NCBI GenBank assembly: GCA_964016885.1
Contig: OZ024741.1
Span: forward strand, 389,794,001 to 389,858,000
From: Eledone cirrhosa
Lineage: Eukaryota
Direction: 5' to 3'
DNA: 64,000 nt
Part shown: in pieces, positions 12,765 to 25,609 of the stretch
Layout of the letters: each line of letters opens with the position of its first letter
Position numbering within the stretch: position 1 is the stretch's first letter
Notes under the pieces: generated by a model
The model's database searches: none
Seen by the model: only the letters and a program-made list of their open reading frames with translations
What the model was told of the DNA's origin: nothing
Translations under genes and position numbers: made by a program

Positions 12765-13146
12765 GGAGGCACATGGCTTAGTGGTTAGAGCATTGGCCTT
12801 GCAATCGAAAGGTTGTGAGTTCAATTCTCAGACTGGGTGATGTGTTGTTTCCTTGAGCAAGACACTTTATTTCACATTGCTCCAGTTTACTCAGCTGTAG
12901 AAATGAGATGATAGGGACTGGGGTCTCTATCATTCCACTGCAAAGTGGTCGTGGAGGTGCCACGGCAAAAAAGCACCCAGCCCACTGTAAAGTGGACGTG
13001 TAGGCACCATGGGAAAAAAGCACCCAGCACTCACTGTAAATGAGGTTGGTGTTAGGAAGGGCATCCAGCTGTAGAAATCAAGCCAGAATCAGTTCTTGTC
13101 CCACTCTTGCAAGCAAGGAAAAGCAGACATAAAATGATGATGATGA
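12765..13146 (+). mobile_element. tRNA-derived SINE with RTE-derived 3' tail (second copy)
   Basis: Same head. Tail 12940-13095 matches the reverse complement of 61715-61870. (GAT)n end. Confidence 0.9.
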
Positions 13147-13221
13147 TATATACTGAAAGTTGTTGGTGTGGGAAGAGCACCCAGCCAGAGAAAGCATGCC
13201 AAATAGGACATATAAGCAAGA

Positions 13222-13570
13222 CATAGTCATCTACAGGTGAATGGCTTAGTGGTTAGAGCATTGGGCTTGCAATTGAGAGATTGTGAGTTTGATTCTTGGA
13301 CCGGGTGATGCATTGTGTCCTTGAGCAAGACACTTTATTTCACGTTGCTCAGGTTTGCTCAGCTGTAGAAATGAGTTGCAATGTCACTGGTACCAAGCTG
13401 CATCAGTCATTGCCTTTTCCTTGGACAACATCGATGGCGTGTAGAGAGGAGACTGGTATGCATGGGTGACTACTGGTCTTCCACAAAACAAACCTTGCCC
13501 AGGCTTGTGCCGCGGAGGGAAACTTTCTAGGTGCAAAACCATGGTCATTTGTGACTGAGTGGAGCCTTAA
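13222..13570 (+). mobile_element. tRNA-derived SINE, related head with a different 3' part
   Basis: TGGCTTAGTGGTTAGAGC A-box, gagtttgattc B-box, ccttgagcaagacacttt core. Confidence 0.8.
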
Positions 13571-14031
13571 AAAAAAATTCATCTAACATGTTTAGTCTCA
13601 GAGCATTACAGCCCATCCAGCCTGTGCCAGTATGGAAAATGGTAATGATGATGATAAACTAAAATAATGTTTGTCTGACACCATCTCTTGGGAAATTTTA
13701 AAAAAAGAAGTAATTGTTGATCATACTTTTAAAATTGATAAAGACCATTACTTTAACCATCATCATTATCATTTTTTATGTCTATGTTTTCCATGCTAGC
13801 TTGAGTTGGATGAGACTTGTTTTGAGACATTTCAACTACAGCTGTATTCCTTTCCTGATGCAACCTATACATTGTTTCCTTGTTCCAATTTGATGAGTTC
13901 CACCCCACTTGGTAAGCGAATGAGGACTGGGATCTTGTCAATCGACTTCCACTATAAAGCACAACTTATTTTGAATAATGCATCTGATTAATCATTGTAT
14001 ATGTTAAATGTGTTTTCTTTTCATATCGCAG

Positions 14032-14135
14032 CCATTGGTCGATACATCAAAAACAACATGACTTTAAATGCCATTAACCTAGTTGACTGTAACCTCACTT
14101 GGAAAGGAGCTGATATTTTAGCAAAAATCATTAAG
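14032..14135 (+). CDS. CEP78: CEP78 internal coding exon (104 bp), RI-like LRR
   Basis: ttttcatatcgcAG acceptor, GTCAGT donor. Encodes (T)IGRYIKNNMTLNAINLVDCNLTWKGADILAKIIK (cf. CEP78 [35 protein letters not shown]). Splices in frame with the previous exon. Confidence 0.9.
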
Positions 14136-14669
14136 GTCAGTCTTTCTACATTCATATCACCTTTTGTTTTGTCTCATGGATTTTTCATTTTGTTATGGCT
14201 ACTAATATTTGAACATAATTCTTGTCTTACTTAAGGTAGCATATTAGCAGTCATTAGAACGCCAGATAGAATGCTTTGCAGCATTCATTTCGGCTTTCTA
14301 CTCTCTCAACTCAAATCCCGACAAGGTCAACTGTACCTTTCATCCATTTGTGGTTGATAAAAAAACAGTACCAGTCAGATATTGGGACTGATTCTTCTTC
14401 TATATCTCTTTCTCTGGTAGAAATCTGTTCTATTCAGACAGGGAGAGGGATGAGCTCTGCCAAGTTTTTTTTTAAGTGCCCTAGAAAAGCTGTGACCCTA
14501 TGACTCCCCCATGAGTTACAGGACCATGCATGCTTGTTTCACTTAAAATATATCTTGACTAAATTCTACTTAAACCTTTTTTTTAAAGCTACATAAAAGG
14601 AATGATGAGACTCATGCCATGAACATTTTTATTTTTTGTTTATTTTTCATATTTTGTTTTTGTCTTTGA

Positions 14670-16625
14670 ATTTGTTATTTACCACTCTACTATGTCTGTA
14701 CATGTGAAGGTGTGTGGCTTAGTGGTTAAGGCATTTGTTATTTACCATTCTACTATGTCTGTACATGTGAAGGTGTGTGGCTTAGTGGTTAAGGCATTTG
14801 TTATTTACCATTCTACTATGTCTGTACATGTGAAGGCGTGTGGCTTAGTGGTTAAGGCATTTGTTATTTACCACTCTACTATGTCTGTACATGTGAAGGT
14901 GTGTGGCTTAGTGGTTAAGGCATTTGTTATTTACCATACTACTATGTCTGTACATGTGAAGGTGTGTGGCTTAGTGGTTAAGGCATTTGTTATTTACCAT
15001 TCTACTATGTCTGTACATGTGAAGGTGTGTGGCTTAGTGGTTAAGGCATTTGTTATTTACCATTCTACTATGTCTGTACATGTGAAGGCGTGTGGCTTAG
15101 TGGTTAAGGCATTTGTTATTTACCATTCTACTATGTCTGTACATGTGAAGGTGTGTGGCTTAGTGGTTAAGGCATTTGTTATTTACCATTCTACTATGTC
15201 TGTACATGTGAAGGCATGTGGCTTAGTGGTTAAGGCATTTGTTATTTACCATTCTACTATGTCTGTACATGTGAAGGTGTGTGGCTTAGTGGTTAAGGCA
15301 TTTGTTATTTACCATTCTACTATGTCTGTACATGTGAAGGTGTGTGGCTTAGTGGTTAAGGCATTTGTTATTTACCATTCTACTATGTCTGTACATGTGA
15401 AGGCGTGTGGCTTAGTGGTTAAGGCATTTGTTATTTACCATTCTACTATGTCTGTACATGTGAAGGTGTGTGGCTTAGTGGTTAAGGCATTTGTTATTTA
15501 CCATTCTACTATGTCTGTACATGTGAAGGTGTGTGGCTTAGTGGTTAAGGCATTTGTTATTTACCATTCTACTATGTCTGTACATGTGAAGGTGTGTGGC
15601 TTAGTGGTTAAGGCATTTGTTATTTACCATTCTACTATGTCTGTACATGTGAAGGCGTGTGGCTTAGTGGTTAAGGCATTTGTTATTTACCATTCTACTA
15701 TGTCTGTACATGTGAAGGTGTGTGGCTTAGTGGTTAAGGCATTTGTTATTTACCATTCTACTATGTCTGTACATGTGAAGGCGTGTGGCTTAGTGGTTAA
15801 GGCATTTGTTATTTACCATTCTACTATGTCTGTACATGTGAAGGTGTGTGGCTTAGTGGTTAAGGCATTTGTTATTTACCATTCTACTATGTCTGTACAT
15901 GTGAAGGTGTGTGGCTTAGTGGTTAAGGCATTTGTTATTTACCATTCTACTATGTCTGTACATGTGAATGTGTGTGGCTTAGTGGTTAAGGCATTTGTTA
16001 TTTACCACTCTACTATGTCTGTACATGTGAAGGTGTGTGGCTTAGTGGTTAAGGCATTTGTTATTTACCACTCTACTATGTCTGTACATGTGAAGGTGTG
16101 TGGCTTAGTGGTTAAGGCATTTGTTATTTACCATTCTACTATGTCTGTACATGTGAAGGTGTGTGGCTTAGTGGTTAAGGCATTTGTTATTTACCACTCT
16201 ACTATGTCTGTACATGTGAAGGTGTGTGGCTTAGTGGTTAAGGCATTTGTTATTTACCATTCTACTATGTCTGTACATGTGAAGGTGTGTGGCTTAGTGG
16301 TTAAGGCATTTGTTATTTACCACTCTACTATGTCTGTAGATGTGAAGGTGTGTGGCTTAGTGGTTAAGGCATTTGTTATTTACCATTCTACTATGTCTGT
16401 ACATGTGAAGGTGTGTGGCTTAGTGGTTAAGGCATTTGTTATTTACCATTCTACTATGTCTGTACATGTGAAGGCGTGTGGCTTAGTGGTTAAGGCATTT
16501 GTTATTTACCATTCTACTATGTCTGTACATGTGAAGGTGTGTGGCTTAGTGGTTAAGGCATTTGTTATTTACCACTCTACTATGTCTGTAGATGTGAAGG
16601 TGTGTGGCTTAGTGGTTAAGGCATT
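14670..16625. repeat. 63-bp tandem satellite, ~31 copies, made of a SINE 5' head plus upstream flank
   Basis: Unit atttgttatttaccattctactatgtctgtacatgtgaaggtgtgtggcttagtggttaaggc. The last copy continues into a SINE body. The 647-aa ORF is a by-product. Confidence 0.97.
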
Positions 16626-16754
16626 CACCTTGTGATTGTAAGTTTATGAGGTCAATCCACAATGACGCATTGTGTTCTTGAGCAAGACATTTTATTTTAC
16701 ATCGCTCCAGTCCACTTGGCTGTCAAAATATGTTGTGCCTGTATTTCAAAAGCC

Positions 16755-17402
16755 CAGCCTTATTATACACTGTGTCATGCTGAATCTCCCTGAGAACTAT
16801 GTCAATAATACCTCAGGCTTGTCACACACTGTGCCATGCTGAATCTCCCTGAGAACTATGTCAATAATACCTCAGCCTTGTTACACACTGTACCATGCTG
16901 AATCTCCCTGAGAACTATGTCAATAATACCTCAGCCTTGTCACACACTGTGCCATGCTGAATCTCCCTGAGAACTATGTCAATAATACCTCAGCCTTGTC
17001 ACACACTGTGCCATGCTGAATCTCCCTGAGAACTATGTCAATGATACTCCAGCTTTGTCACACACTGTCTCGTGCTGAATCTCCCTGAGAACTATGTCAA
17101 TGATACCCCAGCTTTGTTTCACACTGTACCATGCTGAATCTCCCTGAGAACTATGTCAATGATACCCCAGCTTTGTTTCACACTGTACCATGCTGAATCT
17201 CCCTGAGAACTATGTCAATGATACTCCAGCTTTGTCACACACTGTGTCATGCTGAATCTCTCTGAGAACTATGTCAATGATACCCCAGCTTTGTCACACA
17301 CTGTGTCATGCTGAATCGCCCTGAGAACTATGTCTCAATGATACCCCAGCTTTGTCACACACTGTGTCATGCTGAATCTCCCTGAGAACTATGTCAATGA
17401 TA
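16755..17402. repeat. 59-bp tandem array, 11 copies, inside the same SINE body
   Basis: tgaatctccctgagaactatgtcaat recurs at 16781, 16840, 16899 ... 17373. Confidence 0.95.
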
Positions 17403-20400
17403 CACAATTTCATGAGCAAACTGTTCTGTTGTTCAAACAACTGGAACACTCATCATCAGAACCGACTGTCGTTCAGCATATCAGTATGTATCCATGTGAA
17501 TATATAATTGCTAACTTAGTCTATCATGGTTTTTCATATGGTGGTCACTGTGTGTGTGTGTGTGTGTGTGTCCACCACCACCACCATTTTTTCAGTCTTG
17601 AAAAATATGACTTAAATATTTTTTGTGCATAAATTACTCTTGGAATAAAGAAAATAAAATGGTTAAAAGATTTTATTGTTCTCAAAGTAGCACTCAATTT
17701 TATTTGAACAGTTGTTTTTGTTATTAAACTGTTCAATCACAACAATCTATTAAACTGTAATGATAATAACAATTTAAATCTAGTTGTAGTTTTATTGATA
17801 GCACAAGCAGGAACATTATTTTTTTATCTTATATCATCTATAATTATTTGAGATAATATAATTATTTTAATCATTGCCTTATCTATAAGTCTGTTCTGAT
17901 GGATTTGTTTTCAGATGTTACAATAACTTATAGCAATCAGATCTGGCATTTATTCATCCATAAAACTATGAGGATTATATTTATGGAGTAAATTTCTAGT
18001 GACGTGAGATTTGTTCAGTTCACTTAGAGAAGTTGTAAGATATTGTCTTAAGACTGGATGAAATAGTTTGAAGGAGAAACTGGATGTCGTATAAGACTTA
18101 TGTATAAGATTCTACATTATGAGAATGGAATAATTGTCTGTGACATGAAAATTTTAAATGCAAGTGTTTGAATTGAGAAAGCTGGAAGTGTTCTCAGCTG
18201 CAGCTTTCCACTTTGTGACAACCAAAGCAAACATTTGCAGATATGTCAACATTGTTCTCTTGGATTCATTCCTGTTGCATAATGCCAACCTGTAACACTT
18301 AGATTCTTATTACAATGCCTTGCCACTGAGTCACTGTTCAGTCAATGGTTCTTATAATAAAGTTGTTAAAACAACACATTGTTTAATAACAACTAATTGT
18401 TTAATACGCATTGTTTAATAACATCATCATCATTTAACGTCCATTTTTCCATGCTTACATGGGTTAGATGGGTTGTCAGGTCCGGAAACCATGTCTTGTT
18501 ATATAAATCTATATTTTGGCTTAATTTCTATGGCTGGATGCCCTTCCTAACACCAACCATATAGTGTGGACTGGGTGCTTTTTATCATGGCACCAAAATG
18601 ACCACCTTACAGAGTGGACTGGGTGCTTTTCGTTGTCACCAGCATGACCACCTTACAGTGTGGACTGGGTGCTTTTTTCTTGTGTCACCAACACGACCAC
18701 GTTACAGAGTGGATTCTAACCTAACAAGAAACTTGTTTATAGATTCTGTTGATATAAGGATGTTTAGTTGTCAAGATGTTGCATTCTTGGTTCACACTTG
18801 TAACAAAATATATACTGAAACAAATATTTCTCTCTTCAATAAGACATTGATTGATCATGTTGGTTTAAACCTCACATTTCCAATGTCTTTTTCATATTTT
18901 GGCATAAAGGAAGCTATTTTTACCCAAGAAAAGCTTAACAAAGGATTAACAGATATTACTAAAAATGTAGCATTTGCAAATCCAAAGACTCAGTCTTCGA
19001 TGATGTGATGGCATTATTGGATTGGTAGTATTGTTAGAGGGACAGACGCCATGCTTTGCAGCATAGAGTTACGGCCCTTTACGGTCTGAGTTCAAATCCT
19101 GCTGAGATTAACTTTGCCTTTCATCCTTACGGGGGTCGATAACATAAAGTACCAGTAGCACACTGGGGTCGATCTAATTGACTTTCATACACACACATAC
19201 ACACACACACTTAGAAACCCCTCCTATTTAGCAGGAAATATTCGCTACACACATCATTCAACAACACCACCAGTTCTCTCTCTCTCTCTCTTCCATTTTC
19301 CTTCTGCCTCCTCTCTCTCTCTCTATGTCTTTCTTTCAATCTACTCTCTCACAACCACTATCTCTTTCTCTCTATCTCTCTATTTATGAAGGTACCTGGA
19401 AAAACCCCATATCTCGGGAACCCGTGCTCCAATTTACATGAGACTTGTTTTATTCCATTTGTATTGCCATTTCAGGGGCAACTTCCTTTCTAAGTATTTT
19501 CCAATTATGTGCTGTTTTGGCTGTATTAAATTACAGACAAGCACACAATCACAGAGTTTTAGTAGTATATAGATAGATAGATGAAATGAAGATATACTAT
19601 TCTACTTATATCAATCTAAGTAGAAGTATATGCCATTCCTTCATGACGATAATGTGGTTGGCAAGATTGATATTTATTGAATATCTACGTACATTCTTTA
19701 GTTGTGTCAAGGACATGACAACCTCCCTAGTGCTTGTGATCTACACAATAAAAGCACCAAGTACATACTGTAAAGTGGTTGGTGTTAGGAAGGGCATCCA
19801 GCCGTAGAAAATTTGCCACACAAGGAGTTTGAAAGACCCTTCAGTTTATGTAAAAAAACACAACTTCTCTGCATTCGATAAAACATATGACTGTACGTAA
19901 ACGGGATGCAGACCCCTCAGCCTGTCTGGGAGGTCAGTAGTCACGCTTCAGTACTTACTTATTCTATTTAGACCCATTCAATCCTCGCTAGCAGGGAAAG
20001 CAGACATTAAATAATGATGATGATGATCCTTATGAAAGTATCTGAATTTCAAGATCCATTGAACAAAGTTGATATAAGAAAATCAAGTATATAATGAGAA
20101 AAAGAAGGGATCATTTTTTTATATTCATACTGTTATTTCATCCATATATAATTAGTGTTTACCTATATATTTGAAAGATAATTTACTCTTATTCTGTGCC
20201 TCACAATAAGTATCTGCTACTATAGTTTATGTAAGATTTTTTAGAGCATCATATCATGGGTTCTTTGTGCTATGAGGAACCAGTGGAAAAATCAATAAAA
20301 TTTATACTATTGTTATATATTATATTTCACATGAATATCCAGGCAGATTACATTGCAGGTTGATACTATAATTACTTTAGAAATAACCAAGGAGATAATC

Positions 20401-22817
20401 ACAAACCTTACTGAATCAATAGCAATATTTTATGGTGGAAGATATCACATCAAAGACCGTTCAACTTAGCAGCTTTCTTTATAACTGTTGTGTTTTGTCT
20501 CTTTCTGTCTGCTTTTCCTCAACTATTCTCTGATTTATATCTTATTTCTGTTACATGTGAGTAACTTGAAAAAGCTATGTTGCATGAAATTGTCCCAAAA
20601 ACATGATATTTTATTTATTTTTTATAAACATATTTTTTTTATTTATAAAGTTTTTTGGTTATTTTTTTCATAAGCATTTTTTTCTTTTGGAGATCAATCA
20701 TAAAGGAAGTGGCCTGCTGTAATGGCTTTTTAAATGGCTGTTCCATCTAGTAGACTTTAACAAATTTATATTTATACACATGCACACTCATATGCAACAC
20801 ATACACACACACACATGGATACATGTGTGTGTTTTATTTATTGACGCACAAGTTATCTTAGGTAGGATATCTCTTCATAACCATATAAATTCCAAAGTTA
20901 AAGAAAGCTTTTATTTTCAATATTCATCTGATCGATTGTTTAATATTATAGTTTAGTCATTGGAGAAAGAGCAGTTAGTGTCTGTAGCTTTTCCACATGT
21001 CCCTAAGTAGAAGCAATAGAAACAGTGAGTTAGGTAAATGTGGATAATATTCACTTGGAACGTTAAGTAGAAGATTGTCAGAGATCACAATTAGGTTCTA
21101 GATAGGGGTGGGGGAAAGGGCCCTTAATTCCTGGTGGAGTCAAAGGGGCATTTTAAAACCTGGTTAAGTTCATCATTCTTCAGGTCTGAAGACACCCTAT
21201 CTCTTCCGCAGAAGGAGAGAGAGAAAGAGGGGAGGGAGATGCAAGTAAAAAAAAAGATAGTGGGAAAATTGTGCCCCTGTACAGGACTGGTGCTTTAATT
21301 ATTGATCTTGAAATGAGGAAAGGCAAAGTTAAGCATGGTAGGATTTTAACTCAGAATGCAGTGAGCCAGAGGAATATTGGTCAACCCAAGTCTATAGTAG
21401 GATACTATAGTAGAATACTATGCAGTGGGATTGTACCTGAAACCATATAGTTGCAAAGCAAACTCCTTAGCCAGACAGCCATATAAAAATTGTCTATCTT
21501 GAGTCTGGAGGCTCATCAATTCGGTGCTAATCCCAGTTTCTGTGGCATGAAATGACTGAAAGTACAAGACTCCTCCCTGGACAGTATGTCAGTCCATTGC
21601 AGTGTTAAACCCCCAGCTATTGCTGATACTCGTTTTCAGCTGAATATACTGGAACAACCTGAAATGATCTGTTTTGCTCAAGAACACAACTCACAACCCA
21701 GTCTAGGAATTGAACCCATGACATTACGATTGTAAGTCCAACACCCTTAAAACTAGGTCACGCACATGTTGGTAATGTACTGGTGCTCCATCATGGCTGC
21801 AGGCTAATGTCTGAAACAAATAAAAGAATGTAAAAAAATATCATCAACAAGTGTCTGGTATCTTGCTGTTTGACCTTTTCCTTACCATATTTCTAATGAA
21901 AAACCACTGTCTTATGATTTTTAAATCTTTTTGAAAATAATGAAGAATTTGGATGAATTTAGTAAAATAACTAAATTTCTCATTATTAAAATGGTGTCTG
22001 GAACATAACTTAATAAATGTTCTCACATAAAATTATACTGAAAGGATTTTAGATAAATATAAACACTTTATAATAAACAGCGTTGTGTTCTAGAACCAAG
22101 TGTGGTTTCAGACAATTTGGTATCAAAAGGCTTAACATAGGGAAGACAATGGGAATTAATAGAAACATTAAAGGTTGAATAGAATAAGATCAAACAGAAA
22201 AAATAATGTGAAATACAAAAGAAATCCAACTTCTATTCCCACTCCATTAAATGAGGTCATGCAACAGAATAATAATCAAGCAGAAGAATAGAAACCTGCT
22301 GATCACCATTTTTATTTTCTCAATACAAATATCTCAGTGAAATCAAAAGCATGTTTTTATAGTAGCAGAATAATAGAAAATATGTGTCTAGAACAGATCT
22401 TACAGAACAACAGAATATAGCTGCACTGGAGTAGTGAACACAATCATCATTCTATTACCCCTCTCCTCCTCCATCCAATAGCAGTAGTTAAAGACCATTT
22501 AAGTAAAAATATACAAGTATACCCTCACCATAAAAGGAGTTCAATCAAAAAGAACCTTTTGTTAAGATATGTTACAAGATATGTTACAAATACCATCTTA
22601 AAAACGGTTTCTAACATAGACACAAGGTCAAATCTTTTGAAGGAGGGGAAAACTGATTATATCAACTCCAGTACTTAACTGGTACTTTATCAACCTCTGA
22701 AGGATGAAAGCCAAAGTTGACTTTGGTATGATTTTAACTCAGCATGTAAAGAGCCAAAACAAATACTACTAAGCCTTTGTTTGATGCTTTAACAACTCTG
22801 CCAATCCATCATCATTG

Positions 22818-23003
22818 CGGTGAATTGGCAGTATCGGTAGAGGGTCAGACGCCATGCTTTCCAGCATAGTTACGTCCCTTTATGGTCTGAGTTCAAATCC
22901 CGTTGAGGTTAACTTTGCCTTTCATCCTTACCAGGTCGATAAAATAAAGTACCAGTAATGAACTGGGTAATTGCTGGCCTTGTGCCAAAAGTAGAAACAA
23001 TTA
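22818..23003 (+). mobile_element. Second SINE family (ctttgcctttcatcc...gtaccagt...ggccttgtgccaaaagtagaaa)
   Basis: gagttcaaatcc B-box. Related copies at ~10715-10890(-), 10990-11090(-), 19010-19180(+), 22605-22810(-), 23545-23758(-), 27114-27212(-) and 29778-29922(+, TSD attattgaaattt). Confidence 0.85.
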
Positions 23004-23004
23004 T

Positions 23005-23535
23005 CACCATTTAATGTCCATTTCTCCATGCCAGCATGGGTTAAACAAGTTGTCCCATTATGAGACAAATCAGATCAGGTCACCGTGTCTTGCTCGTAGA
23101 GAACTGGTTCTGGTTTCTATGGCTGGATGCCCTTCCTAACACCAACTACATTTACAGTGTGTACTGGGTGATTTTTGTCATATCACTAACATGCCCACTT
23201 TACAGTGTGAGCTGGGCACTTTTTGTTGTGACACTTACACAACCACTTTACAATGTGGGCTGGGCACTTTTTCTCGTGACACCTGCACAACCACTTTACA
23301 GTGTGGGCTGGGCACTTTTTGTCATGACAGCTGCACAACCACTTTACAGTGTGGACTGGGTGCTTTTTGTCATAGCACCAAAACAACCACTTTACAGTGT
23401 GGACTGGGGATTGCAGAGATAGTTCTAGGGACCTGAGTGAGGAATGGGGTGTTAGGACATGGGTGAAGGCACATGTGTGGAGGAAGGCAGGTTTTCTATA
23501 TTACTGCATAACGCCATAGATCTTGGTCTTGTGTC
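23005..23535 (-). mobile_element. RTE 3' end with about 6 copies of the 48-bp unit
   Basis: accactttacagtgtgggctgggcacttttt repeats at 23140-23410. Confidence 0.85.
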
Positions 23536-23929
23536 TTAATAATGATTTCTAGTATAGGCATAAGGCCAGCAATTTTGGGGGAAGGGAAAGTCGATTAAAT
23601 CACCCCAGTACATTACTGGTGCTTTATTTTATTGACCCCGTAAGGATAAAAGGCAAAGTTAACTTCGGCGAGATTTTAACTCAGACCGTAAAGGACCGTA
23701 ACTCTATGCTGCAAAGGATGGTGTCCGACTCTCTACCGATACTGCCAATCCACCGCCCTTGTGTCTTAATAATGAAATAATAAATCATTTCTTAAATGAA
23801 TAATTTCCAGGTGTAAATCCTATGGTAATTTGCCAGGATTTCCACCTGGAAAGTAAAAAAATAAATATTTCACTTAATAGTGAAATTATAAATAATTTTA
23901 TTAAATCACATTAATATATTGATGAGTGA

Positions 23930-24390
23930 GTAGATCAAGAAAAACCTGGGACGAGGTGATAAAAACTGACCTTGTCCACCTACACCTCTCTAAGACAATG
24001 ACACTGGATCGAGACCTTTGGCGCCATGCAGTTGTACAGAAGACCCAACTACCATTGCATACAAATCTACAGTCAGTAGGCACCTCTTAACTCAATGTAC
24101 ACCCCACCCCACACCCTACCCCATCCTCCCTCTCCTGTTCTGTTGACTGTGTCGATGACACAACAGTCCACACTGTAAAGTGGCCGTGTAGGAAACACAG
24201 TGAAAAGGCTCCCAGTTCACACTGTAGATGTGGTTGGTGTTAGGAAGGGCATCCAGCTGTAAAAATCTGCCAGAGAAGCTTCTGTGCGAGCGAGACATGG
24301 TCTCCCGACCATTCCCCCATCAAATAGAACAAACCCATGCTAGCGTGGAAGATGGACGTTAAATAATGATGATGATGATGATGATGATAT
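23930..24390 (+). mobile_element. RTE LINE 3' fragment
   Basis: KTWDEVIKTDLVHLHLSK-like end, 3' UTR motif and (GAT)n tail running into (TA)n. Confidence 0.88.
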
Positions 24391-24691
24391 ATATATGATT
24401 ATGATATAAGTGCTATATATATATATATGTGTGTGTGTGCTATGGGTTAAACAAAACAGTTTCTACCCTATTATCTTCACATAGATGTTCTAACTTAAGA
24501 CTTCTATAATTGTTGAGAAAATCAAGTTCTCAAAATGTGAAGTGAAGTAACAAAGGAATTTTTCACATTTTCTTCATCCTAAGCTTATAAAAAGATTCAG
24601 ATTTTTTTTCTTCTTATGAAATATTTGTGACAATGACAAAAAAATAAAAACATGAGTATTTGTATTCAAATAAGCATTTTATATCTGTATA

Positions 24692-25527
24692 ATCTACTTA
24701 TATATATAACCAGCAATTTCTCTGTCTGTCTGTCCGACAGTGGAAACACGTGCGTAGAGAGAGAGTGAGAGTGAAAGAAAGAGACAGACTATGAGAGGGG
24801 GATAGCGGGAGGGAGAGAGGGAGAGAGAGAGAGTGAATAGACGCTAAAACACGTGCTACAGAAACATTACCTTCCCCTCTCCACTAACTTTGGTCACTGA
24901 GGCCGAGGGAATCGCGCTGAGCGCGTCATAATGACGTAATGAAGACAGCCAGACATACAGACAGATATTATAAGGGCGCAACGTTATATCTATGTATCTA
25001 TCTAAAAAGAAAGACTAAGAATTATATAGAGAGAACGCTAAATCGCCTAATGCGGTCCCTAGGGCATTGAAAATTTGAAATAATTTTTGCTCAAAGCACT
25101 CACAGGACCATAAGTATTACATGTCTAAAGTTTGAAAACAATCGGTTGGATGGTTCTCAAGTTTTAGTGAGCTGACAGACAGACAGACATTCTCTGTTTT
25201 AGATATATAGACTAGCAGAAAACCGCCCCCCCGGGTGGTTTTCTGCTAGTCTCCTTATAATATATAACCAGCAATTTCTCTGTCTGTCCGACAGTGGAAA
25301 CACGTGCGCGCGTGCGAATGTTTTTTGCGCACGCGTAGAGAGAGAGTGAGAGTGAAAGAAAGAGACAGACTACAAGAGGGGGATAGCAGGAGGGGGAGAG
25401 GGGGGAATTGAAGAGTGCTACAGAAACATATATACATTTGTGTGTGTGTGTGTAATATATATATATACACACACAGAAATATATATATATACACACAGAA
25501 ATATATATATACATTTCTGTGTGTGTA

Positions 25528-25560
<33 letters not shown>

Positions 25561-25609
25561 GAAATATATATACTAGCAGAAAACCGCCCACCGGGTGGTT
25601 TTCTGCTAG
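24692..25609. mobile_element. Cluster of short Helitron-type elements in both orientations
   Basis: Two similar TC...atatataaccagcaatttctctgtctgtc starts (~24693, 25250), an inverted relative of 25610- at ~24990-25210, and palindromic actagcagaaaacc...ggttttctgctagt ends (25211-25250, 25572-25610). Confidence 0.65.

Noticed and set aside
14692-16635. 647-aa ORF, and possible CRISPR-like array
   Set aside because: Pure 63-bp tandem repeat with no unique spacers. The ORF exists only because the unit is stop-free and divisible by 3.
17400-17460. Minus-strand CTGATGA...GAAA hammerhead-like motif
   Set aside because: Lies in a SINE 3' region, lacks a convincing stem I, stem III and cleavage triplet, and probably arose by CpG decay.
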